Of a DNA stretch of 64,000 nucleotides, positions 21,177-32,881 are shown in pieces. The translations under genes were made by a program, and so were the position numbers. How positions within the stretch are numbered: position 1 is the first letter of the stretch; the number at the start of each line of letters is the position of its first letter. The notes beneath the pieces were generated by a model. That model did no database searches, was not told the origin of the DNA, and saw only the letters and a list, made by a program, of their open reading frames with translations. The DNA is from Centroscyllium fabricii (taxonomy: Eukaryota), in NCBI GenBank assembly GCA_051313645.2, contig JBNRSN020000005.1:221712001-221776000 (forward strand), in the 5' to 3' direction.

Positions 21177-24100
21177 TTCACCTCGTAACTTCTCGTCTCC
21201 GAGGTCATTGATACGGTATCAATTTTATTCGCTAAATTTAATCATGGAGACCATGCTCAAACCAGCGACGTTCGAACTGGATCCCCAAACACCAGGCGCC
21301 TCCAATACGTTTACGCACTGGTTCAGCTGTTTCGATGCGTACCTCGCAGCCAACGCGGCGGTCGTCCAGACGGAACAGGACAAGCTGCGCCTTCTCAACG
21401 CCCGGGTGGGCCCCCAAGTTTACTCTATAATCGCGGATGCTACGACCTACATAGAGGCGGTCCGAACCCTGAAAGCCGAGTATAACCGGACACCGAACCT
21501 CGTCCACGCCAGACACCTCCTGGCCACCAGAAAGCAGCAGCCCGGGGAATCGAGCATGGAGTTCCTACCAGCGCTGAGAGTCCTCTGCCGGGCCTGCAAC
21601 TGTAAGTCACAGACAGCCTTGGTGCACTCGGAAAGTCTCATCAGGGACGCTTATGTGACTGGCCTCAGGTCCGATTACATCCGCCAGAGACTATTGGAGC
21701 AGAATGGCATGGACCTGACGGCGACAATTGACCTTGGGAACGCGCTGGACTTGGCGTCCCATAACATGTCCTCTTACTCGGGCAACCATGCGGGCACATC
21801 GCAGACACCGCCATCTTGGACACAGCCGGCCGCGCCACGACCGGCGGAAGAGATGACTGTGGCTATGACCTCGAAAGGGCCTAAATGTTACTTCTGCGGC
21901 CAGGCCCAGCATCCCAGGCGAAATTGCCCGGCGAGAGACGCGGCCTGCTCTAAGTGCGGTAAGAAAGGACACTTTGCTAAGGTCTGCAGAGCAGCGGCAA
22001 TACCGCCCTCCAAACCGGGCAGCGCCGCGTGTGGGCCGTGGGGGAAGCCATCTTGGATACAGCCATCTTCATCACAGCCCGCCTTTGGGAGCAGACGCCA
22101 TCTTGGACACAGCCATCTCCATCACAGCCCGCCGTGTGGCGGCAGCCATCTTGGGACCAGGCCCCAGACCTCTCAACCGACTCGACCGACCCGATACTGG
22201 CCTCCATCACACTCGACCAGAACAAGAGCCAGCCACTGAGCAAATCCATGATGACGGTGCAGGTGAACGGGCGGAGTACAGATTCCCTTTTCGACAGCGG
22301 GAGCACGGCGAGCTTCATCCACCCAGATACGGTAAAGCGCTTCTCCCTTACAGTCATGCCGGCTAACCAGAAAATCTCGATGGCATCTAAGTCCGAATCT
22401 GCGGATGTCTGCGGTCGCTGCGTAGTGACCCTGACAGTGCAGGGCGTACACTTACAGAATTTTAAAGTATTTGTGCTGCCGCACCTTTGCGCTCCCTTAC
22501 TGCTGGGCTTCGACTTCCAGTGCCACCTCCAGAGCATGACTATGGCGTACAGTGGGCCCCTTCCCCCGCTCACGGTCAGCAACCAGCGCTCCCCACAGTA
22601 CCCACAGCGGGCTACCTGCGGCCTCTCGACCCTTAAGGTCGACCCCCCCTCGCTCTTTGCCAACCTCACCCCGGACTGCAAGCCCGTCGCCACCAAAAGT
22701 AGGTGCTACATTACCGGGGACAGAGACTTCATCAAGTCTGAGGTGAAGCGGCCTCTGAAGGAGGGGTCATCGAGGCCAGTAATAGCCCCTGGAGGGCGCA
22801 GGTAGTGGTCGTGAAGACCGGAGCCAAACACCGGATGGTTGTGGACTACAGTCAGACCATTAACCGGTTTACGCAGCTAGATGTGTATCCCCTCCCCCGC
22901 ATAGCGGATATGGTGAACCAGATTGCCCAGTTTCGGGTCTTCTCGACCATCGATCTGAAGTCTGCGTACCACCAGCTCCCCATCCGCTCAGAGGACCGCC
23001 ACTATACTGCCTTCGAGGCAGACGGCCGCCTCTACCACTTCCTCAGGGTTCCATTTGGTGTCACCAACGGGGTCTCGGTCTTCCAAAGAGAGATGGACCG
23101 AATGGTTGATCAGTACGGACTGCGGGCCACCTTTCCGAATCTTAATAATGTGACCATCTGCGGCCACGACCAGCAGGACCATGACGCCAACCTCCAGAAA
23201 TTTCTCCACACCGCCAAAAAGTTAAACCTGACTTATAACACGGAAAAATGTGTGTTCAGGACAACCCGCCTCGCCATCCTCGGCAGTGTTGTGGAGAATG
23301 GGGTCATCGGTCCCGACCCGGACCGCATGCGCCCCCTCCTGGAGCTCCCCCTCCCCCACTCCCTCAAGGCCCTGAAACGGTGCCTGGGGTTCTTTTCTTA
23401 TTATGCCCAGTGGGTCCCCAACTATGCGGACAAAGCCCGCCAACTACTTAAATCAACCACCTTTCCCCTGTCGGCAGAGGCCCGCACGGCCTTCTGCGGC
23501 ATAAAAAAAGACATTGCAAAGGCCGCGATGCACGCTGTGGATGAGGCCGTCCCGTTCCAAGTAGAGAGTGATGCGTCCGACTTTGCCCTGGCCGCCACCC
23601 TTAACCAGGCGGGCAGACCCGTGGCCTTTTTATCGCGCACCCTCCAGGGCACCGAGACCCGACACTCTTCCGTTGAGAAGGAGGCCCAGGCCATTGTTGA
23701 AGCAGTGCGACACTGGAAGCACTACCTGGCCGGCAAACGATTTACCCTGCTGACTGACCAATGCTCAGTCGCGTTCATGTTCAACAACAAAGAGCGGGGC
23801 AAAATCAAGAACGACAAGATATTGAGGTGGAGAATTGAGCTCTCTGCTTTCAATTACGATATCTTGTACTGGCCCGGGAAACTCAATGAGCCCCCAGATG
23901 CCCTGTCCCGCGGTACATGTGCCAGCGCACAAGTGGACCGTCTCCAGACCTCTACCACCCGGGGGTCACCAGGTTGGTCCATTTCGTTAAGTCCCGCAAC
24001 CTCCCCTACTGCATCGAGGAGGTCAAGACCATGACCAGGAACTGCCAGGTCTGTGCGGAGTGCAAGCCGCACTTCTTTCGGCCAGAGCGGGCGCACCTGA

Positions 24101-25027
24101 TCAAGGCCACCCGCTCCTTTGAGCGACTCAGCGTTGATTTTAAAGGGCCCCTCCCCTCCTCCAACCGAAACGTGTACTTCTTAAACGTCATTGACGAGTA
24201 CTCGCGTTTCCCTTTCGCCATCTTGCCGCACGGTCATCAGGGCACTGCACAGCATCTTCTCCCTGTTCGGCTACCCCAGCTACATCCATAGCGACCGGGG
24301 GGCCTCTTTTATGAGTGACGAGCTGCGTCAGTTTCTGCTAGCCAAGGGCATCGCTACTAGCAGGACTACCAGCTATAACCCCCGGGGGAATGGACAGGTA
24401 GAGAGGGAGAACACCACCGTCTGGAAGGCCATCCTGTTAGCCCTACGGTCTAAAGGCCTCCCGGTCTCCCGCTGGCAGGACGTCCTCCCCGCAGCGCTCC
24501 ACTCCATTCGGTCACTGTTATGTACGGCCACTAACACCACCCCTCACAAGCGACTTTTTGCCTTCCCTAGGAAGTCGGCTTCAGGGACCTCGCTGCCGTC
24601 ATGGCTATCATCCCCAGAACCCATCCTGCTCCGGAAGCACGTGAGGGGCCATAAGACGGACCCCCTGCTCGAATGGGTCCACCTCCTGCACGCCAACCCC
24701 CAGTACGCCTACGTGGCGTATCCTGACGGGAGGGAGGATACAGTGTCCATCAAGGACCTGGCACTCGCGGGTGCCCCCGAGACCAGTACAACCCATCAGC
24801 ACGCACCCCCTCCCCTGCCTACCGCCACCTTTGGGGCACTAGCACCACGGTACGCCGCTCCCCACGAGGCACCAGCACCACGGTGCGCCCACCCAGCACC
24901 TGCAGGCAACACAGTATGGCACCCGAATCTACGCACCCGCCAGCCGGATGACGAATGGGAGAGCACGCCCCTGAATGTTACCGCAAGGGGCCAAACATCG
25001 GGTCGAACGCTCCCGCCGATCCCGCAG
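21177..25027 (+). mobile_element. Gypsy element 3 (more divergent member of the same lineage), frameshifted; only 45 bp of the 5' LTR remain and the 3' LTR is lost
   Basis: Gag starts METMLKP at 21244; CYFCGQAQHPRRNC/CSKCGKKGHFAKVC; LFDSGS; DYSQTINR; KIKNDKILRWRIEL; integrase SDRG..VEREN. Confidence 0.93.
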
Positions 25028-27135
25028 TCTTCAGGACTGCATGCACTACACTGGTGACCTCGATACTTGGAACGACTTCCAAGTGAACATAATGAAGCAG
25101 TTGCTGCAGGACTGAGGGCCAAGCTGCCTCAGTACACTCCCAATCAACATGCCAGCAGGGAGCCAAACAGCGCGACTTCACAGACTGGGCCAGAACTACG
25201 GCCAAATACCAACCTTGCCAGAGTTCTGGGAACTACGTCCAGCGGCCTGGTTCCTCAGCACGGAGAACACCTACTGCATCCATGGCGTACAGGGGGACGA
25301 TCGATACAGCCTGCTCTTCGCGGCCCTTTCACAGACCACGGTCGACCGAATGTGGTCATCGATACAGCACGAACCAACCGCTGGCGGGTACGAATTCCTT
25401 AAGGCCGCGCTGCTAAAGAAATTCACCCCCTCCCAGTTTGAGCGCAACTGCCAGCTCATTAACCTCCCCGAACTCGGGGACGCAGACCCATCGGACCTCT
25501 GGGCCCAAATGGAAGCGCTCAATTGCGACCCGGCCACCATTAAGCGCGCCTTGTTCCTCCTCAAACTGCCTCCCTCCGTCAGACCGGCTCTGACGATCCT
25601 CGACCACTACACTAAACAGCAACTGGCTGAGGAGGCCGACAAGCTGATGAGGGCCGAGCGCTCCCGAGCCGCCACGTGCGAGCCCACTGCCGCGGCACCG
25701 GAGCACTACCATGCGCACCCCAGGTCCGGCCCCAAGTCTGATCCTAGGCCCCGGCTGGTGTTACTACCACACCAGGTTTGAAACTAAAGCGCAGCGCTGC
25801 GTCCAGCCCTGCACCTTCAAACCCCAAACCAGCCCAAGCCCCACCATGTCCGTAGGCCGCTCTGGAGCACTGCTCTTCGTCACGGACAGCGGCTCAGGCC
25901 TCCGCTCCCTCTGCGACACAGGCGCGCAGCACAGCATCGTGCCAGCCTCCCCCGCAGAAACCAAGCAAGGCACCCAAGGCCCACCACTCGAAGCCGCAAA
26001 TGGCTCCGAAATAGTTACGTTCGGCACCCACAAGCTCACCATCAAGCTAGCAGGCCACACGTACCAGTGGGACTTCATCACAGCCCAAGTCAAACTACCC
26101 CTCCTCGGGGCCGATTTTCTTTGCGCCCACGGCCTACTGGTCGACGTGACCCGGCCCCGCCTGGTCGACATCCATAACATGTCGACCATCCCATGCTCCA
26201 CAGGGCCGGCACACCAGGCCCACGCAGCATCCCACTGCCGAGCCCGGAACTCCGACACGTACGGCACGCTCCTCGCGGAGTTCCCAGCCCTCACCAACCC
26301 CACCTTCACAGCCCGCACAGCCAAGCATGGGGTGGAGCATCACATCACCACCACAGGCCCCCCAGTCCACGCCCACGCACGCAGGCTGGACGCGGCCAAG
26401 CTGGAGATCGCGCGTACCGAGTTCCACATCATGGAGCAACTCGGCATAATCCGCCGCTCCAGCAGCCCCTGGGCCTCCCCCCTCCACATCGCCCCCAAAC
26501 CCGGCGGTGGTTGGCGCCCCTGCGGAGACTACCGCCGCCTCAACAACACCACCACCCCAGACAGGTACCCCGTACCCCACATCCAAGACTTCTCAGCTCA
26601 AACCGGCACATGTAATGGCGGGCGAGACAACAGTCCCCGCGCAGCCACCAAAACGCGGACGCCCTACCGCACCAAAGCCCGCCCACACTCCCACGCAGAA
26701 CAAGGAGCAGCGCACGACACGTGCCGGCCGCATCATCCGGCCACCTCAACGCCTCGCCTGAGACTCATCTTTTATGCTCCATTTTTTTATTTTTACTTTA
26801 TTCTCCCTTCTTTTATTTTTAACTTTATTCTCCCTCACAGATTCTGGGGGGGAGCTGTGTGGCGACACGCCCACCAAGACCAACGAATCCGCCTCTTGAG
26901 TACTGCGGGACACGGCCCTGCCCGCCGGGCGGCGTGATGACGTCACCGCGACTTCCGGCGTGATGACGTCACCGGGACTTCCGGCAGTGACATCACCAAC
27001 CGCGGGCCCTTTAAATATGCCTGTTCCAGGAGGCTCAGTCTCTTCGCTACCTGGCCCCTGCAGAGTAAACTATTAAATGAGTGTTATCCGATTTCACTGT
27101 GTCTAGCGTGGTTCTTCAGGACTGCATGCACTACA
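25028..27135 (+). mobile_element. CsRn1-like Gypsy element 4, internally deleted; 23-bp 5' LTR remnant, 3' LTR 26858-27135
   Basis: PBS TGGTGACCTCGA (tRNA-Trp-like) at 25052; Gag LPEFW..PAAWF; WCYYH..C..PC knuckle; CDTGA protease. [12 protein letters not shown] is fused directly to the integrase C-terminal LKPAH segment at ~26597. G-rich PPT. Confidence 0.9.
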
Positions 27136-27320
27136 GGTCAGTGTAGCGGAGGCTTTACTCTGTATCTGGCTGCCCTCTAACTGTTCTGTGAGCAGTAAAT
27201 GCGAACAGTGAGTTCTCAGTATCACTGTCCCTCACCACAATGAGCACAAACATTTTTAAATCGAAAATAAGAGGCTGGAAGGCTGTGGAATGTTTCTCTA
27301 ACCTTCTTTATCCATGACAT

Positions 27321-27697
27321 TGTAGGAGTCGGCAGACTTCCTACTCGCGTTTCGAAGTAAAAAGACGCGGGGTGCAGGAGCACAGGTTCAACACGTCTTT
27401 ATAACATGGTTCTGCAGTACAAACTGCTCGAAAAAGCCCGCGAATCCGCAAAGCACTCTGGGACGTCTGAGTCGATCTGAGTGGCAGTTCCTTAGGCCAC
27501 TGAGGGATGGAGGCTGGCGAACCGGTTGTCCAATCGTACTGCATGGGCGGGACCGACCATTGCATGGGGTTATGCCTGAGAGGGGGAGCCCCGGTGGCTT
27601 CCCTGGGTAGCGCCGCAACAACATCAAGATAGCAGAGTAAGAGAGTTGCTGAGAGAATACCCTCCTTCCCGGGAGGTCTCTAACACGTCTCCCAACA
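27321..27697 (-). mobile_element. possible solo LTR
   Basis: TGTAGGAG...CTCCCAACA termini; CpG-rich with CCAAT and GGGCGG boxes. No clean TSD. Confidence 0.4.
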
Positions 27698-27789
27698 TTC
27701 AGTCCACTATTGCATCAAGTAGTAATGACACATGGTTTGGCTGGGTTGGGGATCTTATCTTGTTTTCTCTAGACTAGAAAGTAGGCGCC

Positions 27790-29800
27790 AGTGAGAAGCG
27801 GCCTCTCATTCATTCCACCATCATGGCTGGATTCTTGCAATCACTGACCGCACTAAGGTGGCCAAACCTACCTCTAGCACTAACTCTCTGCCATTCATGA
27901 ACAGGAAGAGCCACCATTCCATTAACATACAGGTGATCTGCAACCACAGCAACTGTCACAGGGTGCCTGTCCCTTTAAGATATCAAAACAGTTTGGCTGT
28001 GCTCCACACCTGTTTTGAGGACTGGTTTCCCCTGTTATTCCATTATCTATCTATTATCTGTGTCACTTGCCTGTGTGTGCTTGTTGTCAGTGCCTGCAGC
28101 TGGTTGGTTAAACCCAAATGATCTATTTGCTGGTTTTTGCTGATAAGCTGGAGGTCTTGCATGTGGCAGGTTGCGGGATCATTGAATTAGCTGGATTTCA
28201 TTTACACATTCTACAAGCCACTGGAAGAAGTGGTTACTGCTTCTGTGCTGCTGGAGAGGCTATGGGTTTGGGCTTTCCCTTGCCCGATTGAGGACGGATT
28301 CTCTTTGGACCACTCGGCTAGAGTGAGACTAGCTATGGCAGCTAGAGTGAGACTGGCTGTGGAGTAGTCTTCAGTGAATTACAATTTGTCATCAGTCTGG
28401 ACCTTGTGTTCAGCCACCTGCAGTTCAGGCTGAGTTGCTTAAGAGAGGCAATGGGGTTGGAGCTCATATCACTCAGCCTTGACATTGCACTCTGCTATCT
28501 GGAACTCAGGCGTGGACAATTCATATGTTTAGTAAGGGTGTTCCCCTGCTTGTGGATCAGATATTCTCTTCCTCTGAAGACTCAGCCGGAGTGAGTTTCG
28601 ACCAGCAGGGCGGACTCGGAGGAGAGTTCAGAATCTACTACTTGGACATTTGGTTCATTATCACCCGAACTCAGGTTTGGACATTGATGCCTGTTATACA
28701 GAAGCTGTTCCTAAATTCTCTGACGAGGAGTTGTATTGTGATGTCCTGCTCGCAGAGGAAAACTTGTTCTGTTCTCATAAAGCAGTTGTATTGTGATGTC
28801 CTGCTTACAGAGGAAGACTTGTTTAAGATGGACAGTGATGCCTGTTATACAGAAGTTTGGACTTGTATTCCTAGGGTAAATGATGCGCTTGGCTGCGTAG
28901 CATTCCTCTACTCATTTCTCACAACTTTGGGAAGTTCTGTGCCAGTCTTCAGCTAAGACTTGTTTAAGATGTTTACTAGATTTATGTATGTGAATGCTAT
29001 TTATGTGGTTTTTTGTTATATATATATATTAAAGGAGTTTTGCTTTTAAAGGACGTTTCAGTGTCTCTGCATTTGGGCCCCGCCCTCATTCCGTTACACC
29101 ATCCCGTTACAGAAACACAATCATTGCAGGTACATGCACATTTCCATGGCACGAATCCTTCATTCTGCAGCAGTCAACCGTGCCAGCCTTGCTTGAAGGC
29201 CTAAGACTCCAAGGTTGGTTTGTGGGTTACCAAGGATATGCTCCAAGGCTGGGAGTCATAACATCAGTAGTATACCTGATGTTGAGTGCAGTATAAGGAC
29301 AATATGGCCCATACAACCATCAGATTCAAAGTGGAACACATCATCCACATCGTCAAGCAGTGATTCTAGTGCCCAGGTCAATCAGCCCTACCGTATAGCT
29401 CAGTCGATGGCAGTAAGATTATTGTTGACTGCTGTGTCCTCCACAACTTACCCCTGCAAAGGGGCTGAATGAAAGTGGAGCTAGGTGAAGAAGAGGAGCA
29501 AGAAGCAGGGCTGAGCACAATACACCAGAATCGATTGTCGGACAAAGGGTGTAATAGTGCAAACATTTCAGCCAATTCCACCAATGCAGAACAGTCAATC
29601 CCACACATGCCTAATGCTCATCTATGTGCAGCTTTCCCTCCACTGGCCCCAAGCTGCACCTGAGCACCCATGAGCGCAGCCTCAATTTCTCCCCCACCAC
29701 CTGAAAGGGCCTGAGAACAGGAGAACTGTCAGGACACACAGTTCAATCACATACACACCAGCTGGCATTGTTTGTCTCTGACAGTCAGGGGCTGAAATTT
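27790..29800 (+). pseudogene. ancient Harbinger transposase relic, interrupted by a solo LTR
   Basis: FMNRKSHHSINIQVICNH at ~27893-27946; degenerate continuation after 29111 (QVHAHFHG, SFIL-like) and an acidic tract at ~29480. Confidence 0.65.
27954..29111 (+). mobile_element. solo LTR (~1.16 kb)
   Basis: TGTCAC...GTTACA termini; flanks GCAAC/GAAAC (4/5 match); interrupts the Harbinger relic. Confidence 0.7.
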
Positions 29801-31678
29801 CTGCAGCCCTGCTCCACCCCCGCAATTGTGATGGAGCTGGAATTCCGGCCCCTGACTGTGAAGGACATTGATCCCATTCCCACATCCCAGGGATGAGTTC
29901 ATTTTAATATTCAGGGCCAGTAGCCTGTGCCTGTAGTGGGACTTTAGATGCACCCTGTGGTGTATGTAACATTGCGCACTACTTTGTACCATGGCAGGAC
30001 ACTGCAGTGCTGCGGTCCGCCACTACTGTATATAAGTCTAAGCGTGGAGCGATACGGGTCAGTTCCAGCCTGTACCATGTTGAGTAAACATCACCTTTAG
30101 TTCGTACCTGTACAACTGAGTCTGTCGTTATTAATCCTCAATAGCGTGGGCTCAACAATGGCGACGAGGTCGGTCGAATTCATAGCTGTGTAATCGGATA
30201 CGTCGGGAAATGAAAAGATTCGTTTTTAACTGAAGTCGACCATCGACCACTAAGGCACACCCTGCACTCCAGAAAAGGGAGCGGCAGCGATTCACCAGCA
30301 GAGGGAACTCAGTCAGCCTACACTCCAACACTGGGAGTGGTGAGGCAGTTTCGCTCCAGCCAGCAGAAATCGACAGCAGCAGCCAGCAGAAATCGGCAGC
30401 AGGAGCCAGCAGAAATCGACAGCAGCAGCCAGCAGAAATCGGCAGCAGGAGCCATCAGAATCGGGTGCCCAGCTCAGCTGCGGCAGGAAGGCCGCGAAGC
30501 AGGACCCAGCCAGCAGAAGCATTGGACATCGGCTCGAGGTGGGGCCAGAACAATGGCAAACAAAGTCGCACAGCGGGGTCGAATGGGAGGATCGAGGGCG
30601 ACGAAGCCAGTCACCAGAAGTGGTTGTCGAGGATCAAGGTTGGTCCTCCGACCAGGAGAACGCACCAGCTTGCAGGTAGAGCGCAATCCTTACTGTAACC
30701 ACGGGGGAAATCAGAGGCCCAGCGGGGGAGAGACGTGCAGAGGTGGGGAGACGCCATCTTTGAGCGGGAAAAGCGCAGGAAGAGATGCGCACAGGTGGTA
30801 AGACACCATCTTTGAGCGGGAAAAGCGCAGGAAGAGACGTGCAGAGGCGGGAAGACGCCGGAAGAGACGCACAAAGGCGAGACTAAGCACTGGAAGAGAC
30901 GCGGAAAGGCGGGAAAAACGTCATCTTGGCGTGGGAAGAAACCGGAAAAGAAGTGGGAAAGCGGGACCAACGCCATCTTTTGGCGGGAAAGTGGCGGAAG
31001 AAATGCGGGGAGGCGGGAGAAGACGCCATCTTGACCGCAATATCATAAAATAAACATGGCCAGATCGAACGGGTTTGGGGTTTTCCAGCCAGATAAAGAA
31101 GACTGGGAGGCGTATTTAGAACGCTTCGATATTTATTGTAACGTACAAGCAGTCACGAAAGAGAACAAACTAAATACATTCTTAAATGCCCTGGGACCTG
31201 AAACATATGGGTTGCTCAGAACACTAGTGTCTCCAGATAGACCAGCGACTAAAAGTTTACAACAGATAAAGGATATTTTAAAAGATAACCTGAACCCAAA
31301 ACCCCCTTTTATAGTGGAACAATTCAAATATTTTAAAAGGGACCAGCAAAAGGGGGTGTCACAGGCTGAGTACATTACTGCACTCAGACGGTTGTCGAAG
31401 CACTGTGCCTTTGGGGAGGAACTGTCCAATCACCTAAGAGACAGATTTGTATGTGGTATAAGGGATGATACCACACAAAAAAAATGATTGACCTAAAAGA
31501 CGCTCACTTTAGAGCAGGCCCTGGAGACGGCCGCGGCCCTCGAGGCAGCTGCAGTAGGGGCAGCCGCGATTAGAAACAGTGGTGGTCCCCTAGAGACCCA
31601 CGAAATCTCTACACGCACAAAAAAGTGCTACCGCTGTGGCAAGTCCACACACGACCAGAGTCGGTGCTGAGCTAAGGA

Positions 31679-31933
31679 CAAAAATGTGCGGGTTAGATTG
31701 ATTGGCCATGATAAATTGACCCTTAGTGTTAGGGGGATTGAATATGTGGGGTTATGGGGATAGGGTGGGATATGTGTCGATGCAGGCTCGATAGGGATCG
31801 AGGGATATGGGGAGAGGGCAGGGGCGGGGTGCTGGGTTTAGATGATCAGCCATGATCTCATTGAATGGCAGAGCAGGCTCAAAGGGCCGAATGGCCTACT
31901 CCTGCTCCTAGTTTCTATGTTTCTATGTTTCTA
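31679..31933 (+). mobile_element. 5'-truncated HE1-like SINE inserted between the two Gag Zn knuckles
   Basis: Matches the 3' half of the SINE at 32474; (TTCTATGT)n tail; Gag resumes as DCRQCGKIGH. Confidence 0.85.
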
Positions 31934-32473
31934 AAGACTGTAGACAATGTGGCAAGATAGGCCACATAGGTCAGGGCTTGTAGGTCAGGGAAACAAGCGT
32001 GGCCAACACAGAGACAAACACAGAGACGGCCCAAACCCAGAAAGGTAAATAAAATGGCCGAAGAGGATTCGGGAAGTGAATCGGAAGACCAGGGCACAGA
32101 CCAGTGGGGGCTGGGAAGCTTAAAGGTCCACAATATGGGTGACCACACTGACCGGAGTGTAATATGGATTCCCCTAAAAGTAGCAGGGGCAGAGATATCT
32201 ATGGAGCTAGACACAGGATCTGCTCTATCAGTGATTAATGAAAAATTCTATAGGAAAACATTCAGTGGGACACCCCTAGAACAGTCCCCGGTAATATTAA
32301 AGACCTACACAGGACAGAAATTTAAGTCATTGGGGAGGTTGCCCGTCACAGTCAGATATCAAGGTAAACAGACAAAGGGTCTGTACCCCTACGTTTTAAA
32401 AGATGGTGGAGCACCACTCTTGGGGAGGGAGTGGATGCAACGGATCAACCTCGACTGGGGCACAATACATACC

Positions 32474-32881
32474 GGACGGCACGGTGGCATAGTGGTTAGC
32501 ACTGTTGCCTCACAGCACTAGAGACCCGGGTTCAAATCCGGCCTCGGGCACTATCTGTGTGGAGTTTGCACATTCTCCCCGTGTCTGCGTGGGTTTCCTC
32601 CGAGTGGTCCGGTTTCCTCCCACAGTCCAAAAATGTGCGGGTTAGGTTGATTGGCCATGATAAATTGACCCTTAGTGTTAGCAGGATTGAATATGTGGGG
32701 TTACAGGGATAGGGTGGGATATGTGTCGGTGCAGGCTCGATCGGGATCGAGGGATATGGGGACAAGCAGGGACAGGGTACTGGGTTTGGATGATCAGCCA
32801 TGATCTCACTGAATGGCAGAGCAGGTTCAAAGGGCCGAATGGCCTACTCCTGCTCCTGTCTTCTATGTTTCTATGTTTCTA
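32474..32881 (+). mobile_element. HE1-like tRNA-derived V-SINE
   Basis: Pol III A box TGGCATAGTGG and B box GGTTCAAATCC; V-domain TGTGTGGAGTTTGCACATTCTCCCCGTGTCTGCGTGGGTTTCC; CR1-like 3' tail. Confidence 0.9.

Noticed and set aside
32474-32550. tRNA gene
   Set aside because: The A/B boxes belong to the tRNA-derived head of a SINE present in several copies.
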